Below are positions 9,370 through 18,669 of a stretch of DNA of 64,000 bases, in pieces. Origin of the DNA: Akkermansiaceae bacterium (GTDB lineage Bacteria > Verrucomicrobiota > Verrucomicrobiia > Verrucomicrobiales > Akkermansiaceae); contig JANMJJ010000198.1 in assembly GCA_031371325.1 (NCBI GenBank), positions 492 to 64,491 on the forward strand. The letters are read 5' to 3'. How positions within the stretch are numbered: position 1 is the stretch's first letter; every line of letters begins with the position of its first letter. Position numbers and translations under genes: made by a program. The notes beneath the pieces were generated by a model. That model had not been told where the DNA came from and did not search any database. It saw only the letters and a program-made list of their open reading frames with translations.

Positions 9370-9981
9370 GTGCCAGCGAAGCGTGTCGCCAAGAAAGCCA
9401 GCAAAACCTCCACGGCGGCGGATGCCGAATCCATCAATGAGGACCTCGGACGCCGCGTGAAGAAGCTGCGCGGCGATCGTGGCTGGTCCTTGGAAGAGCT
9501 TGCGTCGGTGAGTGGAGTGAGCCGCTCGATGCTCAGCGAAATCGAGCGCGAACGTGCCAACCCGACGCTCAGCGTGACCTATCGGATCGCACGCGCGTTC
9601 GGCTTGTCCTTGCAGGATCTCATCGAAAGCGCGGATTCCGCATCATCGATCCAAGTCACCCGGGCCGACGACCGCGCGCAGGTTTTCCGCTCGGACAAGC
9701 AGTGCCAGATCCGCACCCTTTCACCGCTGAATCTCGAGAAGGACATCGAGTTCTATGAAGTGCGACTGCCGGTGAATGGGGCATTGAGCAGCCAACCGCA
9801 TGTGGACGGCACCCGTGAATTCCTAACGGTGAAAGAGGGTGGCGTGAACCTGAAATCGGGAACTTTCAACGAGGCCCTAGGCAAGGGAGACTCCGCCACC
9901 TACCGGGCCGATGTGGCGCATACCATCGGCAATCCCGGCAAGCACGAAGCCGTGCTGTTCCTCGTCGTCCTCTACCGTTGA
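9370..9981 (+). CDS. XRE-family HTH + cupin transcriptional regulator
   Basis: LRGDRGWSLEELASVSGVSRSMLSEIERERANPT HTH; C-terminal cupin (PHVDGTREFLTV, YRADVAH). Confidence 0.9.
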   Translation: MPAKRVAKKASKTSTAADAESINEDLGRRVKKLRGDRGWSLEELASVSGVSRSMLSEIERERANPTLSVTYRIARAFGLSLQDLIESADSASSIQVTRADDRAQVFRSDKQCQIRTLSPLNLEKDIEFYEVRLPVNGALSSQPHVDGTREFLTVKEGGVNLKSGTFNEALGKGDSATYRADVAHTIGNPGKHEAVLFLVVLYR

Positions 9982-9996
9982 AACAAATTTAAGCCT

Positions 9997-11715
9997 ATGA
10001 CAACCACTCCACAAACCAACAAGTCGGGTTACAATCGCTTCCTGCTTCTCGTCGCGGGCCTGGGCGGCCTTCTTTACGGGATCGACATCGGGATCATCGA
10101 CCCCGCGCTCGGCTATCTCGGCAAAACGATTTCCATGACCGAGGAAAACAAGTCGGTCATCGTGGCCGCAGTTCTCGGCGGCTCGATGTTTGCCTCGGTC
10201 ATCGCCGGATTTTTCGCGGATCTGCTCGGCCGCAAGCTCATGATGTTGATCAGCGGGGTGATGTTTGTCGCCAGCGTCGCCATCATCTTCACCTCCCAAA
10301 CCTATGTGCCGTTGTTGCTCGGGCGGATCCTCCAAGGCATGAGCGGCGGCGTCATCGCCGTGGTGGTGCCGCTCTATCTGGCGGAGTGTTTGAAAGCCGA
10401 TGCCCGCGGCAAGGGCACTTCCATTTTCCAATTCATGCTCACCTTCGGCATCGTGGTCGCCGCCTTCATTGGTGACCATTATACGAAGAACGCCGAGGCC
10501 GCCATCGCCCTCGCGAATGGCAACGAGGATGCCATCGTCGCCGCCGCCAATCATGCGTGGCGCGGGATGTTCCTCTCGGTGATCTATCCGGGAATTCTTT
10601 TCCTGATCGGTGGCTTCTTCATCTCCGAGTCGCCGCGCTGGCTCTACCGCAAGGGCCGCAAGCAACAGGCCCGCGAGGCCATGCTGCGGTCCCGCACGGT
10701 TGCGGAGACGGACTTCGAACTCGCCGAATTGGCTTCCTCCCTCGCCCATGAGCACGCCAAACCGAAGGTGACATTCATCGCCTCGCTAGGCGAGATTTTC
10801 ACCCAGCGCAAATACGTCGTCCCCTTCATCATCGCCTGCGTCATTCTCGGCTGCACCCAAGCCACCGGCATCAACTCGATCCTCGGCTTCATGACGACCA
10901 TCCTCCAGCAAGCCGGACTCGCGGCGGAAGCCGCCTCGCAGAGCGGACTGTGGATCAAAATCCTTAACTGTGTGGTGACTGTCGTCGCGGTGATGTTGGT
11001 GGATCGAAAGGGCCGCAAGTTCCTCCTCAAGCTCGGAACCGCTGGCATGATCGCCTCGCTCCTCGCCAGTTCCGTGATCTTCTATTCATTCGAGTCCAAG
11101 CGCGTCGATGTCGCGGAAAAGGTGAAATCCATGATCGTCGCCGACAAGCTGACCATTGATCTGAGCACCGCCGATCTAGGCAAGATCGTGGAAGACGGCC
11201 AACCCGTGCAACTATCTATACTATACACCTACGGCAAAAAACAAGGAATCGCCGTCGGCCTCAGCAACGACCCCAAGGTGAGTACCATCAAAGTCTCACT
11301 CCCTGCCGCTGACACGGAAAACGCAGGCAAGCCATTGGAAATCCTCCGTGCTAAAGCCGGCCCCGTGCCCACCAAGCAGACGGGCATCTTAATCGCCGTT
11401 TGCCTGGCGGTCTTCATCACCTTCTTCTCCGTCGGACCCGGCGTCTGCGTCTGGCTCGCGCTATCGGAATTGATGCCCACCCGCATCCGCTCCGTCGGCA
11501 TGGGAGTCGCTCTGTTAATCAACCAAGGTGTCTCCACCGGCATCGCCGCCTTCTTCCTGCCCATCGTGGGGAACTACGGCTACTCGGCCATGTTCGGCTT
11601 CTGGGCCGCCTGCACGGTGGTCTATTTCATCACCGCCGCGTTTTTCCTGCCGGAAACCAAGGGCAAAACGCTCGAGGAAATCGAGGAGTATTTCGAGGGC
11701 AAAAAATCGGCCTAA
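9997..11715 (+). CDS. Sugar porter (MFS) transporter with a large inserted soluble loop
   Basis: GLGGLLYGIDIG, ADLLGRK, ESPRWL, VDRKGRK, SELMPTRIR, PETKGKTLEEIE. Confidence 0.92.
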   Translation: MTTTPQTNKSGYNRFLLLVAGLGGLLYGIDIGIIDPALGYLGKTISMTEENKSVIVAAVLGGSMFASVIAGFFADLLGRKLMMLISGVMFVASVAIIFTSQTYVPLLLGRILQGMSGGVIAVVVPLYLAECLKADARGKGTSIFQFMLTFGIVVAAFIGDHYTKNAEAAIALANGNEDAIVAAANHAWRGMFLSVIYPGILFLIGGFFISESPRWLYRKGRKQQAREAMLRSRTVAETDFELAELASSLAHEHAKPKVTFIASLGEIFTQRKYVVPFIIACVILGCTQATGINSILGFMTTILQQAGLAAEAASQSGLWIKILNCVVTVVAVMLVDRKGRKFLLKLGTAGMIASLLASSVIFYSFESKRVDVAEKVKSMIVADKLTIDLSTADLGKIVEDGQPVQLSILYTYGKKQGIAVGLSNDPKVSTIKVSLPAADTENAGKPLEILRAKAGPVPTKQTGILIAVCLAVFITFFSVGPGVCVWLALSELMPTRIRSVGMGVALLINQGVSTGIAAFFLPIVGNYGYSAMFGFWAACTVVYFITAAFFLPETKGKTLEEIEEYFEGKKSA

Positions 11716-11726
11716 CTTCATTAACG

Positions 11727-13109
11727 ATGTCATTTCTTTCGATCAAACCCGCCATCGCCGCGCCGCTCGATCCCGGGTTTCTCCCGGCGGTGCTATACAA
11801 TCGCCACTACATTCAAAGCGCCCGTGACTCCGGCACCGCCGTGCCACTGGCTCTCGGTCTGGAACGGGAATGCGGCCTCGTCTCCCGCTTTGAAACCCTA
11901 GTGAACCCAAGCGGCGATGTAGAAACACTGCGCTATGTCGAACGCATCGTGAAGTTCCTACTATGGTCGCGCGGTGGCTGGAAACTGCATATTGGCGGAC
12001 CTAAAGCCATCGGTGACTCAATCCGTAAAAGTTACTCGGCACGCGGTGCCCGCAAGTTCGACTGCCAGATGATGGAACTCGCCTATGGCAAAAAGTTTGA
12101 AGTGATACTAACCTCACCCGACCAGGTGCCCGCACCCAAGGACATGCAAGTCGCGGCTGGTGGACATCTCAATGGCTGCCGGATCGGCTTCGACCTCGGG
12201 GCGAGCGATTACAAGGTTTCCGCCGTGATCGACGGTGAAGCGGTGTTCACCGAGGAAACCCCGTGGGACCCCAAAAACCAGGCAAATCCCGAATACCACT
12301 ATCATCATATTTCCGCCGCGCTCCACCGCGCCGCCGCCCACATGCCGCGCGTGGATGCCATCGGCGGCAGCTCCGCAGGCATCATCGTGGATAATGAAAT
12401 CCGCGTCGCCTCGTTGCTGCGGGCGATCCCCAAAAAGCTGTTCCCACAAGCGGCGGCCGTCTTCAAGCGGATCGAGAAGGAATGGAACGTGCCCATCGTC
12501 ATCATGAACGATGGCGACGTGACCGCCCTAGCAGGTGCGCTATCCCTGAACAAGACAGGCATGTTAGGCGTCGCCATGGGATCGAGCGAGGCTGCGGGTT
12601 TCATGGATCAAAAAGGCCGTATCCTCGGCTGGCTCAACGAACTCGCATTCGCTCCCGTCGATTACAATCCCAAGGCCCCGGCCGATGAATGGTCGGGCGA
12701 TCAAGGGGTGGGCGCACTGTATTTCTCCCAACAAGCGGTCAACAAACTCCTGCCTGCGGCGAAAATCAAATTGCCGAAAACCATGGATCTGCCCGAACGG
12801 CTCAAGGAGGTCCAAGGTCTCATGACCAAGGGCGACGAACGCGCGGCGAAGATATACGAAACCATCGGAGTCTATCTCGGCTACACGATTCCCCATTACG
12901 CGGAGTTCTACGATTACTCCCACCTGCTCATTCTCGGCCGTGTCACCACCGGCCAAGGCGGTGACATCGTTCTATCAAAAGCACGCGAGGTGCTGGAACG
13001 GGAATTTCCCGAGATCGCCAGCGCCGTAGCCATGCATGTGCCCGACGAGAAGACCCGCCGCGTCGGCCAGGCGGTCGCTGCCGCGAGTTTGCCAAAATTC
13101 AAAAAGTGA
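11727..13109 (+). CDS. ROK-family sugar kinase-like protein with an N-terminal extension
   Basis: RIGFDLGASD, MNDGDVTALA, GVAMGSSEAAG, NELAF. Start taken at MSFLSIK. Confidence 0.8.
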   Translation: MSFLSIKPAIAAPLDPGFLPAVLYNRHYIQSARDSGTAVPLALGLERECGLVSRFETLVNPSGDVETLRYVERIVKFLLWSRGGWKLHIGGPKAIGDSIRKSYSARGARKFDCQMMELAYGKKFEVILTSPDQVPAPKDMQVAAGGHLNGCRIGFDLGASDYKVSAVIDGEAVFTEETPWDPKNQANPEYHYHHISAALHRAAAHMPRVDAIGGSSAGIIVDNEIRVASLLRAIPKKLFPQAAAVFKRIEKEWNVPIVIMNDGDVTALAGALSLNKTGMLGVAMGSSEAAGFMDQKGRILGWLNELAFAPVDYNPKAPADEWSGDQGVGALYFSQQAVNKLLPAAKIKLPKTMDLPERLKEVQGLMTKGDERAAKIYETIGVYLGYTIPHYAEFYDYSHLLILGRVTTGQGGDIVLSKAREVLEREFPEIASAVAMHVPDEKTRRVGQAVAAASLPKFKK

Positions 13110-13113
13110 ACCC

Positions 13114-13950
13114 ATGATCCCCTCCCCTGATACCGAACGCCTGGCGGTCTGCTCTTGGTCGCTACTGCCCTCGGATCCGCATGATCTGGCGGCGAAATTG
13201 TTAGCGACGGGTATTCTCCGCGTGCAGCTTGCGCTCGACCCACTGCGCGAGTCCCCCGCCATCTGGGGCGATGCCGGACAAGTGTTGAAGCAAGCCGGAA
13301 TCACCGTGGTTTCAGGCATGTTCGGCTGTGTGGGCGAGGACTACTCGACACTGGATTCGATCCGACTAACCGGTGGGATCGCTGCTGACGGGACCTGGCG
13401 GAAAAACCTGGAAAACATCCGCGCCACCGTCCCCATCGCCACCGCACTGGGCATCAAACATGTGACCTTCCACGCCGGCTTCGTGCCACATGATCCGGCG
13501 CATCCCGACTTCGTGAAAATGGTGAAACGCCTCGCAGCCGTGGCGGAAATTTTCAACACTGCGGGAATCGCCGTTGGTCTTGAGACCGGGCAGGAAACAG
13601 CGGGCGAGCTGGCCGTATTGCTCGGCACGCTCCAATGTCCGAATCTGTTCGTCAACTTCGATCCGGCCAACATGTTGCTATACGGCAAGGGCGATCCCAT
13701 TCAAGCGTTGCACCTGCTAGAGCAGTGGATCCGGCAGGTGCATATCAAGGATGCGGTCAGCAGCAAGATCGCGGGCGAATGGGGCGAGGAAGTTGCCGTC
13801 GGTGATGGCGAAGTAAACTGGCAGGCCTTTTTCGCAGCGCTGCATGAAGCGAACTTCGCCGGTGATTTTGTCATCGAACGTGAAGCGGGCAGCCAGCGTG
13901 TGCTGGACGTCGGCCAAGCGCGGGAAGTGGTTCTGAAATCCCTTCGTTGA
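13114..13950 (+). CDS. Sugar phosphate isomerase/epimerase (xylose isomerase-like TIM barrel)
   Basis: GLETGQE, NFDPANM, QVHIKD, VGDGEVNW, VIERE. Confidence 0.9.
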   Translation: MIPSPDTERLAVCSWSLLPSDPHDLAAKLLATGILRVQLALDPLRESPAIWGDAGQVLKQAGITVVSGMFGCVGEDYSTLDSIRLTGGIAADGTWRKNLENIRATVPIATALGIKHVTFHAGFVPHDPAHPDFVKMVKRLAAVAEIFNTAGIAVGLETGQETAGELAVLLGTLQCPNLFVNFDPANMLLYGKGDPIQALHLLEQWIRQVHIKDAVSSKIAGEWGEEVAVGDGEVNWQAFFAALHEANFAGDFVIEREAGSQRVLDVGQAREVVLKSLR

Positions 13951-13961
13951 ACCCAAATCAA

Positions 13962-15011
13962 ATGCCAAATTCGCACTTACCTATCAAAACAAAACCGGTA
14001 ACCGTGGCCGTGGTCGGTCTCGGCTTCATGGGAGTCACCCATCTGCGTGCCTATCTTGATAATCCCATGGCGCGGGTTATCGCAGTGTGTGACGCGACTC
14101 GCCTGCCAGTAAACGGAATCCTAGCAGGTGTATCGGGCAATATCCAAGATGCTGCCGACATTCATCTAGGGCCGGAGGTTAAAGTTTTCACCAAGCTGGA
14201 GGATTTACTGGCAGAGCCGGAAATACAATTGGTGGACCTTTGCACGCCGACACCGCTGCATTTGGCACAAGCCATCGCGGCGTTGAACGCGGGCAAGCAC
14301 GTCATTTGCGAAAAGCCTCTCGCCCGGACCTCGGCGGCGGCGCGGGAAATCCTCGCGGTCGCCGCCAATTCGCCCGGATTCCTGATGCCTGCGATGTGCA
14401 TGAGATTCTGGCCGGGCTGGAGTGAACTCAAGCAAGTGGTGGAAGAACAAACTTACGGAAAAGTTCTAGCAGCGAGTTTCCGGCGGATGTCCGCGATGCC
14501 CGCGTGGAACACGCAGGGCACCTACTCCGCTGGCAGCGACTTGGGTGGTGCCTTGTTTGATCTGCACATCCACGACACGGATTTCATCAACCATCTGTTC
14601 GGCCGACCCGCGAGTGTGTTTTCCACCGGCGTCACCGGTGCGAATGGCGGGATCAACCACGTCGTCACGCAATACCATTATCCCGATGGTCCGGCTGTCC
14701 ACGCGGAGGGCAGTTGGCTGCTGACCGCTGGATTCAGCATGGCTTACACCCTGCATTGCGAGCGGGCCACGCTGGACTACGATTCGGCACGCGGCGCAGA
14801 TGCTCTAATCGTCACCGAAGCAGGACAATCCCCGCGCGTCGTAAAAACGGAAAGCACGGATGGCTATACCATGGAAATCGACTATATCGTCAACTGTGTG
14901 GCTAACCACCGGCCACCGAATCTCATCACCGCCGCCGACGGCGTGACGGCACTGGAGATTTGTGAAGCCGAGGAAATCTCGATCCGCACCGGCGCACTGG
15001 CACGACTTTAA
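13962..15011 (+). CDS. Gfo/Idh/MocA family oxidoreductase
   Basis: VVGLGFMG, KHVICEKP, GGALFDLHIHDTD. Confidence 0.9.
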   Translation: MPNSHLPIKTKPVTVAVVGLGFMGVTHLRAYLDNPMARVIAVCDATRLPVNGILAGVSGNIQDAADIHLGPEVKVFTKLEDLLAEPEIQLVDLCTPTPLHLAQAIAALNAGKHVICEKPLARTSAAAREILAVAANSPGFLMPAMCMRFWPGWSELKQVVEEQTYGKVLAASFRRMSAMPAWNTQGTYSAGSDLGGALFDLHIHDTDFINHLFGRPASVFSTGVTGANGGINHVVTQYHYPDGPAVHAEGSWLLTAGFSMAYTLHCERATLDYDSARGADALIVTEAGQSPRVVKTESTDGYTMEIDYIVNCVANHRPPNLITAADGVTALEICEAEEISIRTGALARL

Positions 15012-15123
15012 ACCATGAAGAGTAATATGAACCATCCGGGCCGATTCAAACTTTTCATCAACTCACTCGATTGAATCCGCACGCTGACTCATCGTTAGAG
15101 CCATTGATCTTCCCGCCACATTC

Positions 15124-15981
15124 ATGAAACTTTACCACTCCACCGCAGAAATTTTCGTTCCCGACGGCACTCCGGAGTCCGCAGCCCTGCAACGCGTCAC
15201 CCACCTCGGAATCGGGGCGCACCAGGACGACCTCGAGTTCATGGCCTTCCACGGCATCCTGAACTGCTTCGCCCGCGACGACCAATGGTTCGGCGGCGTG
15301 ACTTGCACCAACGGCGCGGGCAGTTCCCGCACCGGTCCCTACGCGGCTTTTTCCGATGCACAAATGATGGCAATCCGCCGCCAGGAGCAAAACACCGCCG
15401 CCACCGTCGGCGGATATGCCGCGATGATCCAACTCGACCACCCGAGCAGCGCCATCAAAAGCCCGACCGGGCAGGAGTTGAAAGACGACCTGATAACCAT
15501 CCTTGCGGCAACCCGACCCGAAGTTATCTATACGCATAACCCGGCGGACAAACACGACACCCATATCGGCGTGACTGTCGCAGCCCTGTTGGCCGTGCGC
15601 GAGCTGCCGCGTGACCAACGGCCCAAGCAGGTCATCGGCTGCGAGGTCTGGCGCAACCTCGACTGGCTGCCAGACGAAGATAAAGTCCTTATGGACGTCA
15701 GCGGACGCGACAATCTGGCAGCCGCCCTAAACGGTGTATTTGATTCACAAATCGCCGGCGGCAAACGCTACGACCTCGCCACCCTCGGCCGCCGCGCCGC
15801 GAACGCGACGTTCTTCAACTCGCACGCGACCGACGCGGCCACCCAGCTCATCTTCGGCCTCGATCTCACGCCGTTGGTGGCGGACGAGTCGAAAGACATC
15901 GTTTCGTATATCTGCGATCTCATCGGGCGATTCAATGCCGATGTCCGCCAGAAACTCAGCCAACGCCTTGGACATATCTAA
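15124..15981 (+). CDS. PIG-L / LmbE family N-acetylhexosamine deacetylase
   Basis: GAHQDDLE, TNGAGS, RRQEQ, YTHNPADKHDTH. Stop overlaps the nagB start. Confidence 0.85.
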   Translation: MKLYHSTAEIFVPDGTPESAALQRVTHLGIGAHQDDLEFMAFHGILNCFARDDQWFGGVTCTNGAGSSRTGPYAAFSDAQMMAIRRQEQNTAATVGGYAAMIQLDHPSSAIKSPTGQELKDDLITILAATRPEVIYTHNPADKHDTHIGVTVAALLAVRELPRDQRPKQVIGCEVWRNLDWLPDEDKVLMDVSGRDNLAAALNGVFDSQIAGGKRYDLATLGRRAANATFFNSHATDAATQLIFGLDLTPLVADESKDIVSYICDLIGRFNADVRQKLSQRLGHI

Positions 15982-16751
15982 TGGAAATCATCATCCAGCC
16001 AACCCAGCAAGCCGCGACCGAAGTCGCGGCTAGAATCATCGCCCGCCTGCTCCGTGACAAGCCCGCCGCAGTGCTCGGCCTCGCCACCGGCAGCACGCCG
16101 CTGTCGCTCTACCGCACGCTGATCGCGATGAACCTCGACTGGAGCCGCGTCACCACTTTCAACCTCGACGAATACATCGGCCTGCCCCGCGACCATCCCC
16201 AGTCCTATCATAGCTTCATGTGGGAAAATCTTTTCAAGCACATCAACATCGCGAAGGAAAACGTCCACATCCCGGATGGCAACGCGCGGGATGTCCCAAG
16301 GTTTTGCCGGGAGTATGAGGAACAAATTCTCGCGGCTGGCGGGATCGACCTGCAAGTCCTCGGGATCGGGACCGACGGGCACATCGGGTTCAACGAGCCC
16401 TCGTCATCCCTCGCCTCGCGCACCCGCATCAAGACGCTCACCCGGCAAACGTGCAAGGACAACGCGCGCTTCTTCGGCAGCGAGGAAAGTGTGCCACATC
16501 ATGTCATCACCATGGGCATCGGTACGATCATGGAAGCCCGGCAGAACCTGTTGCTCGCCTTCGGCCCTAACAAAGCCCGTGCCGTTGCCGAGGCAGTGGA
16601 AGGACCGATCACCTCGCTCAATCCGGCCTCCATCCTGCAAATGCATCCCGTGGTCAAAGTCATTCTCGACGAGCCCGCAGCAGGCGATTTGAAACGCTCG
16701 GAATACTATCGCTGGGTTTACGATGGCAAACCGGATTGGCAGTCATTCTAA
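15981..16751 (+). CDS. nagB: Glucosamine-6-phosphate deaminase
   Basis: VLGLATGSTP, TFNLDEY, LGIGTDGHIGFNEP, ITMGIGTI, PASILQMH. Confidence 0.95.
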   Translation: MEIIIQPTQQAATEVAARIIARLLRDKPAAVLGLATGSTPLSLYRTLIAMNLDWSRVTTFNLDEYIGLPRDHPQSYHSFMWENLFKHINIAKENVHIPDGNARDVPRFCREYEEQILAAGGIDLQVLGIGTDGHIGFNEPSSSLASRTRIKTLTRQTCKDNARFFGSEESVPHHVITMGIGTIMEARQNLLLAFGPNKARAVAEAVEGPITSLNPASILQMHPVVKVILDEPAAGDLKRSEYYRWVYDGKPDWQSF

Positions 16752-17290
16752 ATGGATAGATGCCCGGAATTTGCTTTCGGGATGATGGTGGCGGGTGCGG
16801 GTTCTTCGTTGAGTTCTTCCCGTCGGCGCTTGTCGCCACCGATTCAAGCTGCGCCAAAACTTGATTTCCGCCGTGGATGACCTGCTGCTGCTGGATGATG
16901 AGGACGCTGACCAGTAACAGCGGGATCAAGGACGCGGACAACAACCAAATGCTGCCGCCGCAGGGAGCTGGCAGCGCTTCTCGCAGGCAGTGAGGAACAA
17001 TCCGGTGGCGACGAGAGTCACCAAACCCAGGAGTCGGCGGCGGCGGATGAGTGCATCGTGCATGCTGTTTCGGGGCGCGATACGATCGCATGAGCCGTGA
17101 GGATCGAACTTTCCCTCGGAGAACGCAAGGGGCGAGGTGGCGCTGGCCGGTTTTCGTTAGGGCGGCAATTTGTTTCCAGCTTCCCCAATTTCCTTTTGCG
17201 GCACGCGCCGTCCCGCATTAGACGTTGATGCTGCGGAAAATGCCCTCACGGCATTCGTCAGACAGCATCCAACCTCAAAAATCCAACACC

Positions 17291-17662
17291 ATGCGTGCGC
17301 TCCTATATCTCCTCCCTCTCGTGCTGGCGGGCTGTGGCAGCTCCTCCTCCTCCGTCTCGCAACGTGAGATTTTGAAACGATCGCAAGCGGAAATCGCCCG
17401 GCGGGAGCCGTGGGCGGAGACCGCCGCCGTATTCGTCCAAAACCCCGGCGAGATCTCGCGGATCAATTGGAAAGTCAGAGCCGGTGCCTTCGACTATTCC
17501 GATTACCCGCGCTACCAAGGAATCTACTTGGTTGCCGGCACCGAGCGCGAACTGCGGTTCACCCCCGGTGGTTGCCTCACCAGTTACGCCGACTGCGGGA
17601 ACCATTGCCTAACGGCGGCTACCACGGATTCGACCGGCATACCGATGGCTCCGGAGAAGTGA
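17291..17662 (+). CDS. Hypothetical lipoprotein
   Basis: Signal peptide with a lipobox, MRALLYLLPLVLAGC. Confidence 0.65.
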   Translation: MRALLYLLPLVLAGCGSSSSSVSQREILKRSQAEIARREPWAETAAVFVQNPGEISRINWKVRAGAFDYSDYPRYQGIYLVAGTERELRFTPGGCLTSYADCGNHCLTAATTDSTGIPMAPEK

Positions 17663-17676
17663 CGCAGGACCGTATT

Positions 17677-18048
17677 TCACTGCTTCGAGCAGAACCATAT
17701 CTTGTTCCCTTCACTGTCGAGGAAGGCTCCGACCGGGTGACCGCCGTAATCGGCAATCGGATCGGAAATCGTGACGCCCGCAGCACTCAGCGCCTGTTCG
17801 GTTTCGCGGGCGTCTTCCACTTCCAGCGTGATCCGCGCGTTCAACTCGTCGGACGGCCTGCCGTACCAGTCGGCCATGGGCTTGAGCAGCAAGAGGGTCT
17901 GGTCCAACTGGAAACCATAGTTGACGCCATCCTCGATGGCCGGTGGAAGTCCGAGGGTTTTGCCGTAGAACTCGTTCGCGCGCGCCTCGTCAGTCACCGC
18001 CAACGCGATCGCCCTGACGCTCTTCAAGCCAAGTGGGGGATTTTTCAT
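17677..18048 (-). CDS. VOC (glyoxalase/bleomycin resistance) family protein
   Basis: IALAVTD..RANEFYGKTLG, ITLEVED, FLDSEGNKIWF. Confidence 0.85.
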   Translation of the reverse strand: MKNPPLGLKSVRAIALAVTDEARANEFYGKTLGLPPAIEDGVNYGFQLDQTLLLLKPMADWYGRPSDELNARITLEVEDARETEQALSAAGVTISDPIADYGGHPVGAFLDSEGNKIWFCSKQ

Positions 18049-18143
18049 AAGGAGGAACATTTACGGGTTTGAGCCGCTTGAAACAAGGGGAAATGAAATC
18101 TACAGGACGGGAAGAACAAGCTTTCCATCCGCCACCTTCATGA

Positions 18144-18440
18144 TTAGGAGCCCATTTCTGGATACCCAGCCAAAGGGTATCGACCGACGGAAACGCTGGC
18201 GGCGTTCACTGTTTTCCACCGAGGCGGAACCTTCTGCCTTGTTGTAGTTTTCGGAAAGAGCGGATCGAACTCCTGCATGTAATTCTTGATCGAAGTTGGC
18301 TTGCCGCCGAGAGCGTATCCCATCGCATTATAGGCCTCCGAAAAATTGGAGAATCCCAAACACTTCAATCCCTCCCGATCAAACTTGGAGAGAAAGAGGC
18401 CGGCAAGCATAAGGCGTTCACGTTGGGAAAAGGTCTTCAT
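18144..18440 (-). pseudogene. N-terminal fragment of a probable HNH/McrA-like restriction endonuclease joined to unrelated sequence
   Basis: GLFLSKFD..GL..LGF..F.EAYNA.GYALG.KPTSIKNY..EFDPLFP recalls N-termini of HNH-type restriction nucleases. Similarity stops at about 18250; lower GC. Family assignment is from recall. Confidence 0.5.
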
Positions 18441-18669
18441 TCGATCTTATCCTGCGAGAATTGCCCCCCCGTCAAGGACCGCCTCTCGAAATTCCGGTTG
18501 AAAGATGGATCGGTCGCGGTCACTTGGCGAGATTCGTCAGATTCCGCGCTTCGCTTCAAGATCTATCCGTTTGTTCACCACGCGCCCCTCCCTGCGGCTG
18601 ACGGCAAATCCAAATTTTCCGGCCAGATTTGAGTTTGGGAATCGCGCGGGCGGCCGCTAGGATCGCGCC

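Noticed and set aside
16660-17091. 143-aa minus-strand ORF after nagB
   Set aside because: It overlaps nagB and has no recognisable motif beyond one hydrophobic stretch. It may be a decayed gene, but I cannot support a call.
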